Shown one piece after another: positions 24,440 to 32,000 of a stretch of 32,000 nt of DNA (its first letter is position 1; every line of letters starts with the position of its first letter). The notes below the pieces were generated by a model. The model saw only the letters and a list, made by a program, of their open reading frames with translations. It was not told the origin of the DNA and did not search any database. The DNA lies in NCBI RefSeq assembly GCF_008065095.1, contig NZ_CP042911.1, positions 5,760,001 through 5,792,000 of the forward strand, in the 5' to 3' direction. The translations under genes were made by a program, and so were the position numbers. This DNA is from Gemmata obscuriglobus. Its GTDB lineage: Bacteria; Planctomycetota; Planctomycetia; Gemmatales; Gemmataceae.

Positions 24440-25469
24440 CTCATTCACGATAGCCGCGGATTCGTATTTTAGCGGTGCCGATCTCGTCGCGGTGAGGGTC
24501 CCCATGATCGCACGTCTGGACAACCTGCGGCAGCATCGGGTGGTGTTTGAGCACCTGACCGGGTTGACAATCGCGGCGTTCGACGCGCTGGTGCGTGACG
24601 TGGCCCCGGTGGTGGAGGCGGGGCACCGCCAGAAGCTCAACCGTCCGGACCGGCCGCGGGCGGTGGGCGGGGGCGACCACTTCGACCTGAGCACCGCGGA
24701 CCAATTGCTGCTCACCGTCATCTGGCTGCGCCAGTACCCGACCAACGAGGTGCTCGGGTTCCTGTTCGGGGTGTCCGACTCGACCGCCAGCCGGGTCCGG
24801 ACCCGGTGCGTGCCGGCCCTGGCCCAGGCCGGCCGAGACACGATGCGGATGCCGGACCCGGGGGCCGCCCGCCGCAAGCGGTTGCCGGCGGTGCTGAGTG
24901 ACACCCCCGAGCTGGCGGTCATCGTGGACTCGTTCGAGCAGCGGACCCAGCGGCCGAAGCGGAGCCAGCGGGCGTACTACTCGGGCAAGAAGAAGGCGCA
25001 CACGCTCAAGAGCCAGGTGACCGTGGACGAGGCGTCCGGGCGCATCGTCCACGTGTCCGAGTCGGTGCCCGGGCGGTGGGCCGACATCAAGCTCCTCAAG
25101 AGGTCCCGGATGCTGGGGCGGTTGCCGGACCGGGTCGGGGCACTCGGGGACCTGGGTTACACCGGGATCCGGGACCTCCACACCGCGAGTGCGTGCCCGC
25201 GCCGCAAGCCCCGCGGGCAGGAGCGGCCGCCCGAGGACCGCAAGTACAACCGCGCGTTCAGTCGCCGCCGGATCGGGGTCGAGCATGCGATCGGCCGGCT
25301 CCGCCGGTTCCGTTCGCTGGCCCACGTGAACCGGCACCGGCGGCCCGGGCACGCGCTGCGGGTTCGGGCCGTGGCCGGGTTAGTCAATCGGATGCTCGAC
25401 CACCGGGCCAAGGCCGCTTGAGCACCGGTTGGGGAGGGGGACGAACACCCCCACCCTAGCGTGAATGAG
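24440..25469 (+). mobile_element. IS5-like / DDE_Tnp_4 (Harbinger-PIF type) insertion sequence, 1030 bp, apparently intact
   Basis: The IRs are ctcattcacgata (24440-24452) and tagcgtgaatgag (25457-25469), 12 of 13 complementary. A direct 3-bp repeat gac flanks the element (24437-24439 and 25470-25472). Confidence 0.8.
24504..25421 (+). CDS. IS5-like transposase (HTH_Tnp_4 + DDE_Tnp_4), 305 aa
   Basis: ATG at 24504 lies inside track ORF 24492..25421. Diagnostic segments: LLLTVIWLRQYPTNEVLGFLFGVSDSTASR, VIVDSFEQRTQRP...YYSGKKKAHTLKSQV, GDLGYTG, NRAFSRRRIGVEHAIGRLRRFR. Confidence 0.85.
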   Translation: MIARLDNLRQHRVVFEHLTGLTIAAFDALVRDVAPVVEAGHRQKLNRPDRPRAVGGGDHFDLSTADQLLLTVIWLRQYPTNEVLGFLFGVSDSTASRVRTRCVPALAQAGRDTMRMPDPGAARRKRLPAVLSDTPELAVIVDSFEQRTQRPKRSQRAYYSGKKKAHTLKSQVTVDEASGRIVHVSESVPGRWADIKLLKRSRMLGRLPDRVGALGDLGYTGIRDLHTASACPRRKPRGQERPPEDRKYNRAFSRRRIGVEHAIGRLRRFRSLAHVNRHRRPGHALRVRAVAGLVNRMLDHRAKAA

Positions 25470-25637
25470 GACTTGCTGGTGGAGATTGCGGAGGAATTGC
25501 TGCCGGTCCGTCGGAATCGGATCAACCCCCGGGTGATCAAACGGAAGATGAGCAACTGGCCAAAGAAGAGACCGGAACATCGTCGCTGTCCTCAGCCAAC
25601 AAAGAAGTTCCGGCAATCCATCGTCATGCTGAATTGA
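25470..25637 (+). pseudogene. C-terminal stub of an IS4-type transposase
   Basis: An open frame with no start codon reads DLLVEIAEELLPVRRNRINPRVIKRKMSNWPKKRPEHRRCPQPTKKFRQSIVMLN*. It parallels the C-terminus of the intact IS4 transposase in this window (...RDRLPQRPPDRRYEREAYPRRPKADQFKKRKP). Confidence 0.4.
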
Positions 25638-25683
25638 ACGGTATTGGGCCTAGGCCTCGGAGCGCCGGCCACGCGAGCTGAGC

Positions 25684-25896
25684 GTGGCCGGCACGGTGCA
25701 GGCGCTGGCCGCGTTTGCCGAGGTGTTGGATACGGAGGCCGGGTATCAGGCGTTCGTCTGCGTGGTGTTGGCGTACCCGGTGGGCGATCGCCCCGACCGA
25801 TTCGAGCCCCGCGCACGCAAACGACGGCCCAAGCCCTACCCACCACTCACCGTACCCAGAGACCAAGCCCGAAAACGGCTCGGCCGCTCAACTTAA
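25684..25896 (+). pseudogene. C-terminal stub of another IS4/IS701-type transposase
   Basis: The track ORF ends ...VGDRPDRFEPRARKRRPKPYPPLTVPRDQARKRL, the basic tail typical of these transposases. No catalytic part is present. Confidence 0.4.
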
Positions 25897-25964
25897 GGAC
25901 TCAGGAAGTGCCATTCGGATCAATCGGATTCGCTCTGATACACGTATCCGGTAGTATTGCCGCG

Positions 25965-27489
25965 TTCTTGACGAGCCGCGACCGCCAGGGTAATGGCACT
26001 CGTTTTCAGTTTTGGTGTGTTTCGGGTGCTAGTTGGCACGGTTATTGCGCACTGGTTGTGTCATCCACCGACGGAACCGTTGCCATGACCGAGCCTTCCG
26101 GACCGACGGGCGAGGAGTTCGAGCGCGCGTTCGACCTCCTCGCCGCTCATTTCGACCCATCCGAGGCCGATGCCCGGTTCCCCCGGCGGGCCAACGCCGT
26201 GTATACCGCCTCGGTCATCCTCTGGATGCTCGTGTACCAGCGCACCCACCCCGACAAGTCCCTGGAAGCCACCGTCAAGCATCTGCTCGACGCCCGACCC
26301 GATTTGCTCCCTAACACCAAGCGGGTGCGCGAGAACGCGCTGTCGTCGAATACCAGCAGCTACTCCGACGCCCGCCAGTGGCTACCGCTCGAAGCGGCCC
26401 GATGGTTCGCCGACCATGTGAGCCGCGCGCGCATCGACGGTGCCCCGCCCACGTGGTCCGGGCGGCGCGTGTTCCTGATCGACGGCACCACCCGGACCCT
26501 GGCCCCCGAACCCGAGCTCCGCGAGAAGTACCCACCGGCCACGAACCCGCACGGCCGCGGGGTGTGGCCGGTGGCACTGCTGGTGGTCGCCCACGAGTTG
26601 AGTAGCGGGGCCGCCGTGGTGCCCGAAGTGGGGGCCACGTTCGGCCCCCACGCGGTGTCGGAAACGGCACTGGCCGGGGCCGTCATGGACCGCCTGCCCG
26701 CCAACGGGGTGGTGATGGCGGACGCCGGGTTCGGGATCTTCGCGGTGGCGCTCGGGGCTCGCGCGCGGGGCCTGGGGTTCGTGTTCCGGCTGACGGCGGC
26801 GCGGTTCACCGCATACCGCCGCACGGCTCGTGAGGTGGGCCGTGGGGACGGGTGGTGGACCGGGGAATTCGCGTGGCGCCCCAGCGCCAAGGAGCGGCGC
26901 AAGCACCCGGAGTGGGCGGCGGACGCCGAGCTGAAGGCGCGGGTGCACGAGGTGAGCATACCGAACGGCGGGGCGCTGGCGGTGGTGACGGACACGGACG
27001 CCACGGCCAGCGACGTGGGCTCGTGGTACCGGCAACGGGGCACCGTGGAAGTGGACATCCGGAACGTGAAGGTGGTGCTGAACACCGAGCACATGGCGGT
27101 GCGAAGCGAGGCGATGTTCCGTAAGGAGTTGCTGATGTCGGTGGTGTCGTACAACCTAGTGGTGCCGTTCCGCCGGCAAGCGGCCGAGCGGGCCAAGTGC
27201 CGGCCACGGGAGCTGAGTTTTAAGCGCGTGTGGACCACGTTCCGAACGTTCTTGCTGGGAAAGATGTTCACGACGGCGGGGCAATGGCGCGCCGGTTACG
27301 AGCGGGCGCTCGGGTACGCCATGCGCGACCGACTACCCCAACGCCCGCCCGATCGCCGGTACGAGCGAGAGGCGTACCCGAGGCGCCCGAAAGCCGACCA
27401 GTTCAAAAAACGCAAACCGCGAACCACCACCAACCACACACCAACATAAAACGAGTGCCATTACCCCGGCGGTCGCGGCTCGTCAAGAA
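25965..27489 (+). mobile_element. IS4-family insertion sequence, 1525 bp, apparently intact
   Basis: The 42-bp terminal IRs are ttcttgacgagccgcgaccgccagggtaatggcactcgtttt (25965-26006) and its complement at 27448-27489, with one mismatch. I saw no obvious target duplication. Confidence 0.85.
26085..27449 (+). CDS. IS4-family DDE transposase (454 aa)
   Basis: ATG at 26085 (MTEPSGPTGEEFERAFDLL...) lies inside track ORF 25644..27449, whose upstream part crosses the left IR and the preceding stub. Diagnostic segments: VFLIDGTTRTL, VMADAGFG, YRQRGTVEVDIRNVK, and the basic C-terminal tail. Confidence 0.85.
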   Translation: MTEPSGPTGEEFERAFDLLAAHFDPSEADARFPRRANAVYTASVILWMLVYQRTHPDKSLEATVKHLLDARPDLLPNTKRVRENALSSNTSSYSDARQWLPLEAARWFADHVSRARIDGAPPTWSGRRVFLIDGTTRTLAPEPELREKYPPATNPHGRGVWPVALLVVAHELSSGAAVVPEVGATFGPHAVSETALAGAVMDRLPANGVVMADAGFGIFAVALGARARGLGFVFRLTAARFTAYRRTAREVGRGDGWWTGEFAWRPSAKERRKHPEWAADAELKARVHEVSIPNGGALAVVTDTDATASDVGSWYRQRGTVEVDIRNVKVVLNTEHMAVRSEAMFRKELLMSVVSYNLVVPFRRQAAERAKCRPRELSFKRVWTTFRTFLLGKMFTTAGQWRAGYERALGYAMRDRLPQRPPDRRYEREAYPRRPKADQFKKRKPRTTTNHTPT

Positions 27490-27605
27490 AAGCGACACCG
27501 CAGGTGGGCTCATGTACGAGTGGAATTGCACGGCTCGGAGGGGAGTAGGCCCGAGGTGCTCAAGGGTGCCCTCCTGGGACAGGCGGCAATAATCTACCAT
27601 TCGGC

Positions 27606-28148
27606 GTGTCGCAGCAGAGCGCCCCCGCAGCACTCAACAAAGGACGGAACATGCGTGGGACCACCTGGCGCGCCGCTTTCGTCGGCGCCGGACACGGCTG
27701 TGCGGCGTGTGGCGTGCTGTTCTTAACCGCCGACCGCTACACACTCGCCGACGACTGGTTCCTCGTGGTGATGGTGGTGCTCGCAAACGCAACCGGCTTC
27801 GCCGTTGCAGCCCGGTCCGGGGTGAGCCTGCCCGGCGTCGCCCTCGCGGGGCTGGTCGGGATGATGGCGGGCGGGTGGGTGGGAGTGCGAACCATCGGCA
27901 GTTACCATTACACCGTCCCGACTCCGCGGGAGCAGCGCGAGCTGCGCGTCATCACCGGCGGCCAGGAGCGCGTCATTGTGTTAAAAGGCGTGCCCGAAGA
28001 AACGGTCAAGCGTGTCCCGATCGGCGGCGGGCTGGGCGCCCTCGTCGGGTTCGTTGCGGGCGCCCTTGTGTATGCTCGCGTCTCACACGACCGGCAGCGA
28101 GTCTCTTCCGACGACGAAGCCGGCACGGAACCGGATCAGGGGACGTAA
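27606..28148 (+). CDS. Hypothetical integral membrane protein (about 165-180 aa)
   Basis: Track ORF with about four hydrophobic helices (GCAACGVLFLTA, FLVVMVVLANATGFAVAA, VALAGLVGMMAGGWVGV, GLGALVGFVAGALVYA). An alternative start lies at 27651. I recognise no family. Confidence 0.5.
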   Translation: MSQQSAPAALNKGRNMRGTTWRAAFVGAGHGCAACGVLFLTADRYTLADDWFLVVMVVLANATGFAVAARSGVSLPGVALAGLVGMMAGGWVGVRTIGSYHYTVPTPREQRELRVITGGQERVIVLKGVPEETVKRVPIGGGLGALVGFVAGALVYARVSHDRQRVSSDDEAGTEPDQGT

Positions 28149-28530
28149 CACCAGATTAGGAAGCGAAACAGACTGAAAAGCGATCGCACCGGCAAGCGAG
28201 AAGCCCGCTTGCATTGCCGCCCCGCTCCACCGATGTCCGCCGAGCCCGTCCCGGGCCACTGGCCCGCGTTTTGGTTGAGCAGTTGCACCAACCAACGAGC
28301 GGCCTTGCCGTGAGCGGCACAATTTTCTCGGTCAGCGAGCGAAGACTCCTGTAACGTTCGGCGGCGCAGCACACCGAAGCCAGTGACACCACGGCTACGA
28401 TCGGTGCTGGCCGGCGAACATCTTGTTAGCGACCGTGTGCGGGTTAATCGGCCTGTTTTCCGGCGGACGTAGGCCCGAATGCGTGACTCGATTGGTCAGA
28501 CACCGCGCCATGTCACACAGGGGGGAATCG

Positions 28531-29022
28531 ATGGCGACGACCAAACACGACGACGATGACGACGGCGGCGTGTACGCCCTGGCGCCGGAACCGCCAGTTC
28601 CCGTGTCACCCGCGTCCGCTTGCACCGCGACGCTCACGGCCGACAAGCGACGAGCGGTCCGGTCGTACCTCACCGACCTCGGGCCGGCGCTTCGGGCCAA
28701 ATACGGCCGCAAGCCGCACTACACACCGGCGCAGGTGCGGGAAACGGCACTGGAACGAGCGCTCCGCATCGACTACTTGTGCTGGGCCTACGTTCTGCAC
28801 TGCTCCGCCCCGGCGTTCGAGTCCCTGCACGCGGCCGCTGGCGAAGCGTGCGACTACCTCGCCATGCGAGCGGCGGTCGGGGCCGCGTTCTTCGGCGGGG
28901 GCACCGAGTTCGCCACACCGGCGGTGGTGGACGTGATCGTCTCCGGCGCGGCCCCGGTCGCGTCGGAGGCGGCCGGCTGGCTCGCCGGGGTCGACTGGAC
29001 CGTTTTACTCAACTGTCCCTAA
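28531..29022 (+). CDS. Hypothetical protein with acidic N-terminus (163 aa)
   Basis: ATG at 28531 is preceded by gggggaa and lies inside track ORF 28423..29022 (MATTKHDDDDDGGVYAL...). G/C third-position bias is good. I recognise no family. Confidence 0.5.
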   Translation: MATTKHDDDDDGGVYALAPEPPVPVSPASACTATLTADKRRAVRSYLTDLGPALRAKYGRKPHYTPAQVRETALERALRIDYLCWAYVLHCSAPAFESLHAAAGEACDYLAMRAAVGAAFFGGGTEFATPAVVDVIVSGAAPVASEAAGWLAGVDWTVLLNCP

Positions 29023-29089
29023 TACCGGTTCGTGCGGCCGACCATCCGTCAAATCTTGTCCGGCGCGGCCGGTGTCAACCGCCGGCGCG

Positions 29090-32000
29090 CTACCGCGTGT
29101 CCCAGGCCGCGAACTGGCCGTCGGCGCCGCTGAGCATGAACTTGCCGTCCGCGGAGAACTCGATCGCGGTCACCGCGGACGGGTGCCGCCGAACGCTGTA
29201 GAGTTCGACGCCGGCTTTCAGGTCCCAGAACCGCACCTCGCCCGTGCTCCCGCCGCTCACCAGAGTGCGCCCGTCCGGCGACGCCCCGAGCGCGGTCACC
29301 CGGCCGACGTGCCCGAACAGCGCGTGCTCCTCGCGTCCCGCGGCGTTGAACACCCGAACCACCCCGTCCCGCCCGGCCACAGCCAGCCGGTCGCCCGTCG
29401 GCAGGAACCGGAACACCGCCTGGTCGTCGACCGCGACGGCCGCGCGCGTCTCCGGCGTCCCGACGGTCCACACCAGTAGCCCGTTCGGGCCGCGCGCCGC
29501 CACGGTCTTACCGTCGTCGGATATGGCCACCGCGCCGGCGCGGCGCAACCCGGTGTCGTACCGGCCCGCCGCACTCCGCCCGGCCACGGACCACACCGTC
29601 ACGCCCCCGGCGTCGTCCGCCACCGCGACGCTCCCCCCGTCCGGCGTCAGCGCGGCCGACACCGGCAGCCGCCCGCCGGGCACCTTCGCGCGCAACCGCT
29701 CCGTGACCGCCGTGCCGGAGAGGTCCGCGACCTGAACGGTGGCGCCGTCGAACGACACCACCCCCGCGCGGCCGTCGTCGTACACGCGCACCGCCGCGAC
29801 CCGCCTCTTCAGCACCGGCACACCCGCCGGGGCGCGGCCGCTTTCGTACCGGGTCACGCGGGCGGCCCCCGCGATCATCCGCACCGCGCCGTCGGGCGAC
29901 AGGCCGATCGCCAGCGGCGTGTCGCTCGGGGCCGCGCCGCGGTCCCACGGGGCGCGGTTCACGTCCCACGAGCGAATGATGCCGTCCGCACCGGCGGTGA
30001 ACAGCGTCGCACCGTCGGGCGCGAACGCCCCGGCGCGCAGGTCGCCGGTGTCATCGGTTGCGATGACGGCCCCGGACGGCAGTTCGACCCAACCCGGGCG
30101 CGGGCTCCGCGCGACGCGCCCGTCGGGGGCCACGGCCAGCACGCCCGCCCCGCCCGCGGGCCGAACCCAAAAGGGCCAGGGCGGGGCCGCAATCGGCCCG
30201 CCGGCCGCGAACCCGATGCTAAGTGCGCCGGCGCCGGTCGGAGCCAGGGTCCCGGTCGGCCCAACGGCCCAAACGAGCGCCCCGGTGAGGCCGTTCGGAA
30301 CCGGACCGCCGGTCACGATCTGCGCCCCGCTCCGGTCGAACGCGACGCGGGACACCTCGCCCTCGTGGGCCTTGAGCGTGCCGAGCTGTGCCGCCGTCGT
30401 CCGGTCCCACACCGCGAGCGTGCCGTCGGCGTGCCCGCTCGCGAGCCGGGTGCCGTCGGGCGACACGGCCAGCGCCGTTACCGCACCCGCGGGGCACACG
30501 ATCACCAGTTGCCCGCCCCTCGTGAGCCGGGCGAGGTGGTCGTGCGCGAACTCGGGCGGGTCCATCACCAGGTCGGACGCGCGGCGGGCGGAGTCTAGCG
30601 CCTCGGCGGCGGCCTGCGTGTTCCCGCCGCGCCAAGCGTGGTACCCGTCGCGCACCTGGCGCGCGTACTCGCGCTGCTGGTCCGCCCGGTTCCGCTCCGC
30701 CTGGTCCCCCTTCAGCTTGTTGTTGTCGGTTTGCAGGTTCCGCGTCTTGTACGAGTTCCACGTCCCCAGCAGGGTCACGAACAGCGCGATGACGGCCAGC
30801 ACCGCGATCGCGACGAGCTGGTCGTTGCGGCGGAGCCACCGGCCGGCGCGGCCGCTCCACGCGAGCGGCCGCGCCACCGTCGGCAGGCCGTCCAGGAACC
30901 GCCGCAGGTCGTCCGCCAGGTCGATCGCGGTGCGGTACCGCTCGCCGACCGTACACGCCATCGCCTTCAGGCAGATCGCTTCGAGGTCGCGCGGGAGGTC
31001 GGGCCGCAGCTGTCGCGGCGCGACCGGCCGCCCCTCCACGGACTGCCGGAGCACCTCCACGTCGGTGGCGCCGTCGTAGGGCGCGCGGCCGGCGAGCAGC
31101 TCGTACAGCACCACCCCTAGCGCGTACACGTCCGCCGGCGGGCCGATGTCCTCGCGGCGGGCCTGGGCCTGCTCCGGGGCCATGTACTTCGGCGTCCCCA
31201 GGATCTGCCGCGTGCCCGTTTCCGACGGGCCGCCGCGTTCCGCCACCTTCGCCAGCCCGAAGTCCACCACCCGGGGCACGTAGCACGCGCCCCGGAGCGG
31301 CACCCCGCCCGCCGGCTGCTCGTCGCCCTCCTCGGTTTTCGTTTCCTGGAGCAGCACGTTGTTCGGCTTCAGGTCGCGGTGCAGCACCCCGCGGTCGTGC
31401 GCGTGCTGCACCGCGTCGGCCACCGTCGCCACGAGCCGCGCCGCCTGCCGCACCGGCACGGGGAACGCCTGCCGGTCGAGCCACTCGGCCAGCGTCTGCC
31501 CGGGGCAAAAGGCCGTGGCGATGAAGCACAGCGGCCCGACCTCGCCCCACTCGTACACGGGCACGAGGTTCGGGTGATCGAACTCGGACGCGGCGAGGGC
31601 CTCGAGCTTGAGCCGGCGCTTGGCGTCCGGGTTCATCAGCATCTCGGGCCGCGGCACCTTGAGCGCGACCTCGCGCCGCATCCGCGGGTCGTAGGCCAGG
31701 AACACGATCCCGCACCCGCCCTTGCCGAGCTGGCGGCGCAGCTCGAACCGCCCGATCCGGTGCCCCCCGCCGAGCGGCGGCAGGTGCAGCGGCCGGACCG
31801 GGTCCGGGAGCATCTCGCTCGCGGCCCCCTCGTGGGCCGCCCCGGAGTGCAGCGGCGTGACGGGCCGCTCGGGCGTGAGGGCCGGGTCACTCAGCGGGGG
31901 AAAATGGACCTGGAGCGTCGGCGCGCGACCGTCCCCCCCGTCGAGTTCCTGGTCGTACGCCGCCAGGAACCGCGCGAGGTTCTCGTCGAGCTTCAGCGAG
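29090..32000 (-). CDS. Ser/Thr protein kinase with TM helix and C-terminal WD40/beta-propeller repeats; 5' end probably beyond the window
   Basis: Kinase motifs: GKGGCGIVFLAYD, VALKV, HRDLKPNNVLL, DFGLAK, GTPKYMAPE. There is a TM helix LVAIAVLAVIALFVTLL and repeats ending in W-D-like dipeptides (GHADGTLAVWD, GADGIIRSWD, GSTGEVRFWD, GADGQFAAWD). The same frame stays open from 31814 to 32000 (...LKLDENLARFLAAYDQELDGG...), so the ATG at 31813 is probably internal. Confidence 0.9.
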   Translation of the reverse strand, partial: SLKLDENLARFLAAYDQELDGGDGRAPTLQVHFPPLSDPALTPERPVTPLHSGAAHEGAASEMLPDPVRPLHLPPLGGGHRIGRFELRRQLGKGGCGIVFLAYDPRMRREVALKVPRPEMLMNPDAKRRLKLEALAASEFDHPNLVPVYEWGEVGPLCFIATAFCPGQTLAEWLDRQAFPVPVRQAARLVATVADAVQHAHDRGVLHRDLKPNNVLLQETKTEEGDEQPAGGVPLRGACYVPRVVDFGLAKVAERGGPSETGTRQILGTPKYMAPEQAQARREDIGPPADVYALGVVLYELLAGRAPYDGATDVEVLRQSVEGRPVAPRQLRPDLPRDLEAICLKAMACTVGERYRTAIDLADDLRRFLDGLPTVARPLAWSGRAGRWLRRNDQLVAIAVLAVIALFVTLLGTWNSYKTRNLQTDNNKLKGDQAERNRADQQREYARQVRDGYHAWRGGNTQAAAEALDSARRASDLVMDPPEFAHDHLARLTRGGQLVIVCPAGAVTALAVSPDGTRLASGHADGTLAVWDRTTAAQLGTLKAHEGEVSRVAFDRSGAQIVTGGPVPNGLTGALVWAVGPTGTLAPTGAGALSIGFAAGGPIAAPPWPFWVRPAGGAGVLAVAPDGRVARSPRPGWVELPSGAVIATDDTGDLRAGAFAPDGATLFTAGADGIIRSWDVNRAPWDRGAAPSDTPLAIGLSPDGAVRMIAGAARVTRYESGRAPAGVPVLKRRVAAVRVYDDGRAGVVSFDGATVQVADLSGTAVTERLRAKVPGGRLPVSAALTPDGGSVAVADDAGGVTVWSVAGRSAAGRYDTGLRRAGAVAISDDGKTVAARGPNGLLVWTVGTPETRAAVAVDDQAVFRFLPTGDRLAVAGRDGVVRVFNAAGREEHALFGHVGRVTALGASPDGRTLVSGGSTGEVRFWDLKAGVELYSVRRHPSAVTAIEFSADGKFMLSGADGQFAAWDTR

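Noticed and set aside
25380-25616. Minus-strand ORF that joins in-frame to the integrase remnant if the IS5-like element is removed, suggesting a longer disrupted integrase.
   Set aside because: The extra residues show no recombinase box I features. The plus-strand frame over the same DNA has a higher G/C third-position bias and a recognisable transposase-type basic tail. I kept it as a note in a finding only.
25644-26084. 147-codon upstream extension of the IS4 transposase ORF.
   Set aside because: It crosses the element's left IR (25965-26006) and the preceding transposase stub. The ATG at 26085 lies inside the element and starts protein-like sequence.
28083-28392. Three overlapping minus-strand ORFs (78-79 aa) in the gap between the two orphan genes.
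   Set aside because: They exclude one another, have no start context or motifs, and show weak third-position bias. At most the region is a decayed gene.

Overview
High-GC bacterial chromosomal window; the gene content (DUF1573-like protein, kinase-WD40 gene, a Gemmata-type paralog family, many IS copies) suggests Planctomycetota, possibly Gemmata-like, by inference only. About 1-19.8 kb is mostly core genes: lepA, two tandem TlpA-like thioredoxin-fold genes, three tandem near-identical flp (Flp/Tad pilin) genes, ilvD, a low-GC3 orphan ORF plus a nucleotidyltransferase-fold ORF, a fused double M16 peptidase, a DUF1573-like membrane protein and a 4-heme cytochrome c. A kdsD-kdsC operon follows and runs directly into a 1176-aa membrane-anchored protein with proline-rich linkers and repeated LptC/LptA(OstA)-like sequence blocks. 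About 19.8-29 kb is an IS-saturated accessory zone around tRNA-Gln(UUG). It holds two tail-to-tail frameshifted ISAs1-family copies, one paralog-family ORF, a tyrosine-recombinase C-terminal remnant, an intact IS5-like (DDE_Tnp_4) element with a 3-bp GAC duplication, two transposase C-terminal stubs, an intact IS4-family element with 42-bp IRs and two orphan ORFs. A Ser/Thr kinase-WD40 gene then runs off the right edge. I saw no CRISPR array, rRNA or phage structural genes. The best candidates for something new are the kdsD-kdsC-linked giant Lpt-like protein (a possible single-polypeptide LPS bridge) and the triplicated flp gene array. All functional calls rest on motifs read by eye and remembered family signatures; no searches were run.
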